A stretch of 64,000 bases of DNA from an uncultured Acidobacteriota bacterium (lineage in GTDB: Bacteria; Acidobacteriota; Thermoanaerobaculia; Multivoradales; SZUA-115): the NCBI GenBank assembly GCA_963805975.1, contig CAWDVR010000003.1, forward strand, positions 32,001 to 96,000. The letters are read 5' to 3'. A program made the translations under genes and the position numbers. Of this stretch, positions 56,293 to 64,000 are shown in pieces (positions within the stretch are counted from its first letter, which is position 1; each line of letters begins with the position of its first letter). The notes under the pieces were generated by a model. It was not told where the DNA came from. It saw only the letters and a program-made list of their open reading frames with translations, and made no database searches.

Positions 56293-57462
56293 ATGTGCAC
56301 CGAGGCGGTCGCCCAGTTCCCCGGCCTCTACATCCATGTCCCGTTCTGCTCCGCCATCTGCCCGTACTGCGACTTCGCAGTGGTCAAGGGCAGTGAAGGG
56401 CGGCGACGGAGCTTCGTCGAGACGCTGCTGGCGGAGATCGATCTCGCGACGGGGGAGGCGCGGCCTTTCGACACGATCTACTTCGGGGGTGGGACGCCTT
56501 CGCTCCTGGCCGAGGACGAGCTGGCGCGGATCCTCGGCGCGGCGCGTACGAAGCTGGGCGCTCTCGACGACGCGTGGACCTTCCTGGAGGCCAACCCGGA
56601 GGACGTTTCAACTTCCTCGCTCGCCGCCTGGCGGCGGTTGGGGGTGCGCACGCTTTCGCTGGGCGTGCAGTCCTTCGACGAGGACGAGCTGCGCTTCCTG
56701 GGCCGCAGGCACTCGGGTCAGGAAGCGCGGCGCGCCGTGGAGCTGGCCCTGGATGCCGGCTTCGAGACGGTCTCGGTGGACCTGATCTACGGGCTGCCGG
56801 GCCAGGAGCGTGGCACGTGGCGGCGCAATCTCGAGACGGCCATCACCCTGGCCCCGCAGCACCTCTCCTGCTATCAGCTCACCATCCACGAGGGGACGCC
56901 GTTCGGCCGCAGGCTCGACCGCGGCCTGCTCCGCGAGAGCCCGGAGCCGGAGCAGGCGGAGCTCTTCGTCCTGACTCACGAGCTGCTGGCGGGCGCGGGC
57001 TACCCGGCCTATGAGGTGTCCAACTTCGCAGCCGGTGTAGCGCACCGTTCCCGGCACAATGCCAAGTACTGGGACCACGTTCCCTACCTCGGCCTCGGTC
57101 CTTCGGCACATTCCTTCGACGGCCGCCGCCGCTTCTGGACCGAACGGAACCTCAGCCGCTACAGCGCCCTTGTCCATCAGGGCGTGCTGCCGGTGGCCGG
57201 CGAGGAGACTCTCTCTGCGACGCAGCTCGCGCTCGAGGCGCTGATGCTGGGGATGCGGACCACGGCGGGCGTGGACCTCGTGGCCTACCACCGCCGGTTC
57301 GGCTTCGATCTCGAAACCGTCAACGGCGAGCTGCTCTCGCAGCTCGCCGCTCAGGGCCTTGCAGCAGTGGAGGAGCGCCGCCTGGCGCTCACCACCCGCG
57401 GTTTGGCGATCGCCGATGCCCTCACGGCCCGGCTGGAACTCGGGCCGGTGGCGCCTTCCTAA
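56293..57462 (+). CDS. hemW: Radical SAM heme chaperone HemW
   Basis: LYIHVPFCSAICPYCDF, YFGGGTPS, YEVSNF, HNAKYW, YLGLGPSAHS. Confidence 0.92.
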   Translation: MCTEAVAQFPGLYIHVPFCSAICPYCDFAVVKGSEGRRRSFVETLLAEIDLATGEARPFDTIYFGGGTPSLLAEDELARILGAARTKLGALDDAWTFLEANPEDVSTSSLAAWRRLGVRTLSLGVQSFDEDELRFLGRRHSGQEARRAVELALDAGFETVSVDLIYGLPGQERGTWRRNLETAITLAPQHLSCYQLTIHEGTPFGRRLDRGLLRESPEPEQAELFVLTHELLAGAGYPAYEVSNFAAGVAHRSRHNAKYWDHVPYLGLGPSAHSFDGRRRFWTERNLSRYSALVHQGVLPVAGEETLSATQLALEALMLGMRTTAGVDLVAYHRRFGFDLETVNGELLSQLAAQGLAAVEERRLALTTRGLAIADALTARLELGPVAPS

Positions 57463-58376
57463 CCTCGCAACCGCACCTCGACCGGGCTGTCGAGCACGAT
57501 GTCGAGCACGGTGCCGGCCGGGATGCTCACCTCCTGCCCCTCGGTGCGGGAGGCGACGGCGGTACCGATGGCGGCGCCCACGATGGCGCCGAGCACGGTG
57601 TTGCGGTCGCGGTCCTTCTTGCTCGCCGTGGCGCGCCCCAGCACCGCGCCGCCGGCCGCGGAGCCGCCGATGGTCGCCGCGTCCCGGCCGGTCTCGTTCT
57701 TGCCGACCGTGGCGAAGTTGGCGGCAATCGGCGCCGAGCCGCCGGCCGGCAGCACGAGCTCGCTGAAGTCGAGCCCGAGCCGTGCCCGGCCGCCGATCTT
57801 CTTGAGCGAGACGGCCTCGGTCACCGTGCCGCGGATCTTCGAGCCGGCGGGGATGGCGACCTCGCCCCCGACCACGACGTCGTGCGTGACGCGTGCGGCG
57901 AAACGGTCGCCAGGGCTGCTCACCGCGCTCGACACGCCGTCCAGGAACTCGATCTCGAGGCCGGTTCCGGCCGGCACGTTGGCGTAGCGGGGCTCCGCGA
58001 TCCGTGGCGCGGGCTCTTCATGCCGGGGCTCGGGGCGCGGTTCGGGGACCCGCGGTTCGGGTTGGGGAGCCCGCGGCGCGGGCGCCGGAGCGGGCCTCGG
58101 AGCCTGCGCCAGGCGCTCGGCGGCGAGCGCTCGCTCGCGGGCGTCCAGCTCGCGCTCGCGAGCTTCGATTTCGGCCGCTCGCTGCGCTGCCTCTTCCTTG
58201 GCGGCGATCTCCTTCTCTCGCTGTTCGAGATTCGCCTCGCGCTCGGCGAGCGCCTTGGGGTCGAGCTCGGACGAGGCTTGTTGGCTGGTATCACGGCCGG
58301 TGCAGGCACCGACCGCGAAAAGCGACAGGATCAGGGCGGTTGCAAGACTTCGCTGGAGGTCCAGGTTGGTTTTCAT
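57459..58376 (-). CDS. Lipoprotein with coiled coil, Pro-rich linker and TrbI/VirB10-like beta domain with glycine zipper
   Basis: Lipobox FAVGAC; VPAGT...IPAGS...GAIVGAAIGT...IPAGT. Confidence 0.75.
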   Translation of the reverse strand: MKTNLDLQRSLATALILSLFAVGACTGRDTSQQASSELDPKALAEREANLEQREKEIAAKEEAAQRAAEIEARERELDARERALAAERLAQAPRPAPAPAPRAPQPEPRVPEPRPEPRHEEPAPRIAEPRYANVPAGTGLEIEFLDGVSSAVSSPGDRFAARVTHDVVVGGEVAIPAGSKIRGTVTEAVSLKKIGGRARLGLDFSELVLPAGGSAPIAANFATVGKNETGRDAATIGGSAAGGAVLGRATASKKDRDRNTVLGAIVGAAIGTAVASRTEGQEVSIPAGTVLDIVLDSPVEVRLRG

Positions 58377-58441
58377 GATGGTTCTCCTCTCGATACCCTC
58401 TCTTAGGCAAGGTTGATGCCACTCCAGCAACGCTCGGTCCC

Positions 58442-59668
58442 TCAGCCGCGGAGCCACGTGAGCCAGAGCACTCCCAGGGAGAGCGTCAGGAGGGTGATCG
58501 GCACGCCTGCCTTGAGGTACTCGACGAACCCCAGGCGTACGTGGCGGCTGGCGGCGATCTCGGCCACGATCAGGTTGGCCACCGAGCCCAGGAGCGTGAG
58601 GTTGCCGGCGAACGTGGTCGCCATCGCCAGCGTGAGCCAGGCGGTCTCGGTGTCCGGGAAGGCGTCCATCACCGAGCGGAAGAGCATCAGGGCAGGGACG
58701 TTCGACACCAGGTTGGAGAGCACCACGGCCACACCCGTCAGAGCCGGGATGCCCTGCTGCGCCACGGGCCGGGCGATCGCGAACAGGCGGTCGGCGAAGC
58801 CCGCGGTCTCGACCGCGTGAGTGACGACGAAGAGGCCGGCGAAAAACACCAGCAGCGAGATGTCGATCTCGCGGAACACGCGGCCCGGCTTCAGGCGCCG
58901 GGTCACCAGCAGCAGTGCGGCGGCGGCCATCGCGGCCAGAGGGATGGGCACGCCGGCGAAGAGAGCCACCAGCATCAGCAGGGCCGCCGCCAACCCCTTG
59001 CCGAGGAGCGCGCGGTGCACTCGCGTTTCGAGGGCCACCGCGGGCAGCGGCTCGGCCTCGAGCTCGCGCCGGTAGACGAGCACGATCACCGCCCAAACCA
59101 CGGCCAGCCCGACCAGGGCCAGGGGCGCCAGCACGGCGCTGAAGGTCGCGAACGGAATGCCGGACTCGAGCCCGATCAGCATGTTCTGCGGGTTGCCGAC
59201 GATGGTGGCCACCGAGCCGACGTTGGCGGCGGTGACCAGCGCCACCAGGTAGGGGATCGGGTTCCGGCGCAGGGTGGCGGTGACCTCGAGCACCAGCGGC
59301 GCCAGCACGAGGACGATGGTGTCGTTGAGGAAGACCGCGGCGAGCCCGCCGGATACGGCGACGATCAGCGCCAGGAGCCGCCGCGGCGTGGTGGCGCGGC
59401 GCAAGACCGCAGCGGTCACCAGAGGCAGAAAGCCCGCCAGGCGCAGGTTGCCGTTCAGGATCATCATCGCGAGCAGCAAGGTGAGGGTGCCGAGGTCGAT
59501 GGCGTCGAAGGCCTGCTCCAGCGAAACGGTGCCGACGAGAACGAGCAGGGTGGCACCCACCAGGGCGATGGTCGCCCGGTTCATCCGCAGGCGCGGATAG
59601 CGGCCCACCGCGACACCGATCAGGGTCACGGCGATCAGGAGGAGCTCGAGCCAGGAGCGGAGCGGCAT
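58442..59668 (-). CDS. ArsB/NhaD-superfamily anion permease
   Basis: Start MPLRSWLE; FLNDT, ANVGSVATIVGNPQN, SNLVSNVPA, AGNLTLLGSVANLIV. Confidence 0.9.
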   Translation of the reverse strand: MPLRSWLELLLIAVTLIGVAVGRYPRLRMNRATIALVGATLLVLVGTVSLEQAFDAIDLGTLTLLLAMMILNGNLRLAGFLPLVTAAVLRRATTPRRLLALIVAVSGGLAAVFLNDTIVLVLAPLVLEVTATLRRNPIPYLVALVTAANVGSVATIVGNPQNMLIGLESGIPFATFSAVLAPLALVGLAVVWAVIVLVYRRELEAEPLPAVALETRVHRALLGKGLAAALLMLVALFAGVPIPLAAMAAAALLLVTRRLKPGRVFREIDISLLVFFAGLFVVTHAVETAGFADRLFAIARPVAQQGIPALTGVAVVLSNLVSNVPALMLFRSVMDAFPDTETAWLTLAMATTFAGNLTLLGSVANLIVAEIAASRHVRLGFVEYLKAGVPITLLTLSLGVLWLTWLRG

Positions 59669-59755
59669 GGCTTGGCCGCCATGCCTGCCATGGGTGGGGC
59701 TGCTATCATCCCGGCTCTCGAGAAACGAGACTCGATCACCGCGAAAGGAGCTGTC

Positions 59756-60367
59756 ATGAAGACCGGGATCACATATCTGCGGGGGCTCACCGCCGCCGCT
59801 TTCTGCTCTCTGTTGGCCATCGGTGCCATGGCCCAGACGCCGCCAGCCCAACCAGCGGCCGCCGCCGCGCCGCAGGCAGCGCCAGCCCCTGCGCCGCGGC
59901 CCAGCCCCATGGCCATGGCGCGGGTCACTTTGGGCGACGCCTACGTGCGCGTGGTCTACAGCCGGCCGTCGATCAAGGGCCGCGCCAACATCTTTGGCAC
60001 CAAGGATGCGCAGGCTCTGGTTCCCTACGGCGAGGTGTGGCGCACGGGCGCCAACGAGGCCACGGAGCTGACCACCACCAGGGACATCCTGGTGGGCGGC
60101 AAGAAGCTCCCGGCCGGCACCTACTCGGTGTTCACCGTGCCGGGTACCGACAAGTGGCAGATTCACTTCAACTCCGGGCTCGGCCTGTGGGGCAACCGCG
60201 GCTATGACGCGGCCAACAACGTGCTCAGCGTGGAGGCCAAGCCGGCGGCGCTCACCGACGAGGTGGAGACCTTCACCATCGAGCTCCCGGGCAAGGACAG
60301 CGCGGCCGAGCTCGTGCTGAAGTGGGTCAAGACCGAGGTCCGGGTACCGGTCGCGCTCGCCGGCTAG
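59756..60367 (+). CDS. DUF2911 domain secreted protein
   Basis: PRPSP, VVYSRP, LVPYGEVWRTGANEAT, LPAGTYS. Confidence 0.9.
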   Translation: MKTGITYLRGLTAAAFCSLLAIGAMAQTPPAQPAAAAAPQAAPAPAPRPSPMAMARVTLGDAYVRVVYSRPSIKGRANIFGTKDAQALVPYGEVWRTGANEATELTTTRDILVGGKKLPAGTYSVFTVPGTDKWQIHFNSGLGLWGNRGYDAANNVLSVEAKPAALTDEVETFTIELPGKDSAAELVLKWVKTEVRVPVALAG

Positions 60368-60402
60368 CCGCGCGAAATTCGAGCAAGCCGGCGGCGCCAT
60401 CG

Positions 60403-61719
60403 ATGCTCTCCCGCCCGCGCCGCCGGCTCTACGCCCTCCTCACTCTCTCCCTCTCTCTCTCGGCCGGCCTGGTCCTGGCGGAGCTGGCCGTGCGCCGTCT
60501 CGAGCGCCGGCACGCGATCGGAGAAGAGCGGCGCTCGCGCTACGAGGAATCCTACGAAGCGGGGGCCTTCCGCCGGGGAGAGCCGGGCGAGGCCGGCTTT
60601 CTCGTTCCCGGCTTCTCCGGCCTGGTCACCGACGAGCTGGGCCGGCCCGTGGAGTGGATCCACAACTCGTTGGGCTTTCGCAGCCGCCGGGAGTACGCGC
60701 GGCAACGGCCGGCGGGGGTGCTCCGCATCCTCGCTCTGGGGGACTCCTTCGTCGTCGGGCACCGACTCGGCCAGGAGGACACGGTCGGGGCCCGTCTCGA
60801 GGCCTGGCTCCGCGACGGCGGAGGCTTCCCGGGAGCCGAAGTCCTGATCGCCGGCATCGAGGAGCCGGCGGCCGGCCTGAGGTACCTCGAGCAGTACGGT
60901 TTCGCCTTCGATCCGCAGGTCGTGATGCTGGGCCTCACGCTCGGCAACGACGTCGCCCAGGTCTATTTCAACCTGGGTCCGAAGGGCCGGTACCGGCTGG
61001 AGCATCCTGCCGGTGGCTGGACGCTGGCGCTCAACCCGGACGCGGACCGGGAGGCGAGCCTACGGTCGGTCGAGGAGCCGCGACTGCCACCAGAAGCGCT
61101 TCGTGGCCCCGGCCCTGGCCCGTCCCAGGTGCCGGCTCTCGGCCCCCCGTCGGGCCTCGAGTCGCGCCTGCACGTCGTGCGCTTCCTGCGGCAGGTCGCG
61201 GCCGACCGCCGGGACCGTGCCACGGCGTACCCCATCCTCTCGATCTGGAACCAGTACCGAGAGCCCAGGCTCTTCGACGGCAACGGCCTGGGCCTCTACC
61301 TGGAGCCGGCGACACCGGAGATCGAGCACGCCTACGAGCTGCTGTTCGCGCTGCTCGCCGCCTACGACGATCTGTGCAAGGCGCGCGGGATCCGTTTCGT
61401 TCTCGCCGTCCATGCCCAGCGCTACCAGCTCCAGCCTCCGGACTGGCAGGCGACGATCGTCGGCTACGGGCTCGATCCACGGCGTTTCGATCTGATGGCT
61501 CCCAACCGGCGCATCGAACGCTTCTGCCGCGAGCGGGGCATGGCCTGTCTCGACCCCACGGCGGCGATGGGCGAGCGCTTCGCCCGGGAAGGCCGCTCGT
61601 TTTTCATGCCGCGTGGCGACATGCACTGGAACCGGGGAGGCAGCCGGGCTTTCTTCGAGCTCACTCGGGACGAGCTGGGAGCGGTGCTCGCACCTCTGCA
61701 TGCGGCCGGCCGGCGCTAG
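60403..61719 (+). CDS. SGNH/GDSL-family hydrolase, membrane anchored
   Basis: NSLGFR, LGDSFVVG, GND, DMHWN. Confidence 0.85.
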   Translation: MLSRPRRRLYALLTLSLSLSAGLVLAELAVRRLERRHAIGEERRSRYEESYEAGAFRRGEPGEAGFLVPGFSGLVTDELGRPVEWIHNSLGFRSRREYARQRPAGVLRILALGDSFVVGHRLGQEDTVGARLEAWLRDGGGFPGAEVLIAGIEEPAAGLRYLEQYGFAFDPQVVMLGLTLGNDVAQVYFNLGPKGRYRLEHPAGGWTLALNPDADREASLRSVEEPRLPPEALRGPGPGPSQVPALGPPSGLESRLHVVRFLRQVAADRRDRATAYPILSIWNQYREPRLFDGNGLGLYLEPATPEIEHAYELLFALLAAYDDLCKARGIRFVLAVHAQRYQLQPPDWQATIVGYGLDPRRFDLMAPNRRIERFCRERGMACLDPTAAMGERFAREGRSFFMPRGDMHWNRGGSRAFFELTRDELGAVLAPLHAAGRR

Positions 61720-62387
61720 CCCGTGCCGCCGCGCGCGAAGCGCTCCCAGCCGGCCTCGGCCTCGGGGCCGGTCGCCGGCTCGTGCTCGGGGCACTCCATG
61801 CGCAGGTCGCGGTTGCCGAACGGCAGGTTCACGTAGGAACAGTGGTGGGGCTGCCGGGGATCGTCGTGCGCGTAGGGGCGGAAGAACCGGCAAGTCGAGC
61901 ACATGCGGGCCACCGGGATCTCGCCCTGCTGCTGCAGCTCGCGGATCAGCCGCTGCAGCAGGCGCAGCAGCAGCCCCTGCTCCTCCTCGCTCAGGCCCTC
62001 GATCACCGCGGCCAGGAAATCGGGCCAGGTGGCCACGCGGGCAGCCTCCGCCCGCCCCGACTCGGTCAGGCTGAGGGAGAGCCGCCGCGCGTCCTGGAGC
62101 GGGCGCTCCTTGACGAGCATGCCCTTGCGCTCGAGCACTCCCACCGCCTCGGACGCCGTCGAGGCGCGCACGCCGAGCGCGTCGGCGACCTCGTTCAAGG
62201 TCGCCCCGGACCGCCGCTCCAGGTGGGCCAGCACCTGGCCCTGGGTCGGCGTCAGATCCTGGGCGAAGCCCTGGTGCCAGGCGCGGCTGCGCAGCACCAT
62301 GCCGATCTTCGCCAGGCCGATCGCCACCCGGGCGCCGGTAGAAGGCGTCCAAGGCGAAGGGGGCGACAGGGCTCCCGGATCACTCAC
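61716..62387 (-). CDS. MarR-family regulator with C-terminal Cys/His cluster
   Basis: LTPTQGQVL, DARRLSLSLTESG; CSTC...HHC...CPEH. Confidence 0.88.
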   Translation of the reverse strand: MSDPGALSPPSPWTPSTGARVAIGLAKIGMVLRSRAWHQGFAQDLTPTQGQVLAHLERRSGATLNEVADALGVRASTASEAVGVLERKGMLVKERPLQDARRLSLSLTESGRAEAARVATWPDFLAAVIEGLSEEEQGLLLRLLQRLIRELQQQGEIPVARMCSTCRFFRPYAHDDPRQPHHCSYVNLPFGNRDLRMECPEHEPATGPEAEAGWERFARGGTG

Positions 62388-62699
62388 CTTGGCTCTCCAG
62401 ATGGTGCGAGTAAACGATTTCAGGCTCCAATTGCATCCTCTGATACTTTCCAGCGGATTCTATTCCGAGTGAAAGTCTTCGGCTGATATTATTTTTAGAG
62501 AGTATTTCGAAAGGTGTCTGTCTACATTCTATCTACATTCTCTCTGAATGCGCTCGATCTCTCCTGTCACACCCGGCGCCGGCCGGACACTTCCTTTGGT
62601 AGTAATCGACCGTTTCTCGGGTTCCAAGTTTTGGCTGGGTCGGACGCTGGCGGTCAGCGTCTCGGTGTCGCCTCGGATCGAGGCGTAAGGAGGTCGTTC

Positions 62700-63254
62700 A
62701 TGAAGCGCTGGTCGGTACTTTGTCTCGTGGCCCTGCTGGCGGCGTTGCCCGTCACGGCCTCGACTTTCCTCGCGATGTCGCGCGCGGAGCTGATCCACGA
62801 CTCGACGGCCGTGGTGCAAGGCAAGGTCGTCGAAGTACGCTCGTTCTGGGACGAGGCCGGGCGCATCATCGTCTCCGAGGCGGTGATCCAGGTAGAAGAA
62901 GCGGTGCTCGGCGACCCCGGCTCTCAGGTGCGCGTGAAGACCTGGGGCGGCACGGTGGACGGCTACACCGTCGAGGCCCACGGCTTCCCGAAGTTCAAGG
63001 CTAACGAACGCGTCTTCCTCTTCCTGGAGCGCGAGCACGAGGGCGTGGCCAAGGTGGCCGGCTACCAGCAGGGGCACTTCCGGCTGGTGATGGACCGCTC
63101 GGGCTTCGAGTGGGCGGTGCCGGTAGTCGACGAGGGCGCCCGCTTCCTCACCCCCGACGGCAGCCAGGGGCCGCCGGCCAAGGCAATGCTGCTCGACGAG
63201 CTCAAGGGCTCGGTCCGTGACGAGGCCCGGCGCGTCGGCCGGCTCGAGTACTAA
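62700..63254 (+). CDS. Secreted hypothetical protein (OB-like domain usually found N-terminal to bacterial matrixins)
   Basis: AAGGAGG RBS; signal peptide; VVQGKV..SFW...GGTVDG...GFPKF..ERVFLFL. Confidence 0.8.
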   Translation: MKRWSVLCLVALLAALPVTASTFLAMSRAELIHDSTAVVQGKVVEVRSFWDEAGRIIVSEAVIQVEEAVLGDPGSQVRVKTWGGTVDGYTVEAHGFPKFKANERVFLFLEREHEGVAKVAGYQQGHFRLVMDRSGFEWAVPVVDEGARFLTPDGSQGPPAKAMLLDELKGSVRDEARRVGRLEY

Positions 63255-63275
63255 CCCAGGAGGGGGCTTACGATC

Positions 63276-63890
63276 ATGAAAAACTGGAAGATTCGCTCGT
63301 TGCTCGCCATCGCCGTCCTGGCGGTCCTGGTCGCCGGCAGTGCCTTCGGCTATGCCCTGCTCTCACCGCGCCGCACCTGGGACAGCCCGCCCAACGTCAT
63401 CGTCGACAACCGCGGCAACTCCTCGATCACCGACGGTGACCTCGGCCGCACCCGTACCCGCAACGCCATCCTCGCCTGGAACGGCGCCGGCACCGGCACC
63501 CGCCTGTCGGCCACCGTCGGCTCGATCTCCGGCTTCTCGCTGGGCGACGGCCGTCCGATGCTTAACTTCCAGGACCCGACCGGCGCCTGCGGCGGCTCCT
63601 GCCTGGCCGCCACCTTCACCGGCTACTACACCCGGCGTCCGAACGGCACCTACCGCATCTACGACGCCGACATCGTCACCAACCGCGCCTACCAGTGGGC
63701 GTCGCTGGGCGAGAGCTGCTCGAACGAGTTCTACACCGAGGCGATCCATACCCACGAGGTAGGCCACCTGCTCGGGCTCGGCCACTCGGGCGTCGGCGGC
63801 GCCACGATGTACCCCTCGGTCTCCGCCTGCAACAACGGCCCGGCGTCGCTCGAGAACGACGACCGCGCGGGCATCCAGGACCTGTACTAG
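63276..63890 (+). CDS. Secreted matrixin (M10) metalloprotease
   Basis: HEVGHLLGLGH zinc motif, Met-turn ATMYP, signal peptide. Confidence 0.92.
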   Translation: MKNWKIRSLLAIAVLAVLVAGSAFGYALLSPRRTWDSPPNVIVDNRGNSSITDGDLGRTRTRNAILAWNGAGTGTRLSATVGSISGFSLGDGRPMLNFQDPTGACGGSCLAATFTGYYTRRPNGTYRIYDADIVTNRAYQWASLGESCSNEFYTEAIHTHEVGHLLGLGHSGVGGATMYPSVSACNNGPASLENDDRAGIQDLY

Positions 63891-63906
63891 CTCGCCGTCC
63901 AGTTCA

Positions 63907-63926
63907 GGGGGCTCGCCCGAGCCCCC
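63907..63926 (+). terminator. GC hairpin after matrixin
   Basis: GGGGGCTCG-CC-CGAGCCCCC; no strong U tract. Confidence 0.45.
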
Positions 63927-64000
63927 GTCTCCTCCATACCTCTACATCGACCGCCGGTAGCGCCCGAAGGCCCGGGTGGCGAGGGCGCCGCAGGCGAGGG

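Noticed and set aside
56293-57462. RiPP-modifying radical SAM enzyme partnering the small ORF and M16
   Set aside because: It has HemW signatures, no SPASM/RRE domain, and lies 19 kb away.
57459-58376. Type IV secretion or conjugation system suggested by the VirB10-like fold
   Set aside because: An isolated lipoprotein with no other T4SS genes in the window.

Overview
A GC-rich bacterial chromosomal segment. The gene content (Oar-type TonB receptor, sulfatase-TPR and CRTAC1 proteins, DUF4388, secreted caspase) suggests Acidobacteriota, but that assignment is inferred. It holds about 50 genuine genes; most long ORFs in the track are antisense shadows. I found no rRNA, tRNA, CRISPR array or transposase. 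Main elements: (1) a predicted sigma54-driven minus-strand operon (about 37527 to 25430). In it an intact M16 (HxxEH) peptidase and an unannotated 51-aa ORF precede a Pil/Chp-like chemosensory cluster: TPR/Zn-ribbon PilG-like, DUF4388, PilH-like, CheW, PilJ-like MCP, CheA-REC and tandem CheW, with no CheR/CheB. The operon ends in a helical-repeat protein. A divergent PAS kinase/NtrC-family pair lies next to it, with candidate enhancer sites visible. (2) A guanidine-utilisation locus (ABC importer, GdmH-like hydrolase, HypA) behind a sigma54 promoter, with a leader that retains degenerate ykkC/guanidine-I landmarks. (3) Palindromic REP-like elements, two of which are read as protein-coding. (4) Housekeeping and accessory genes: lepA, ettA, hemW, hutF with an argE-like neighbour, two VapBC modules, a secreted metacaspase with a TPR partner, and a matrixin with a separately encoded partner domain.
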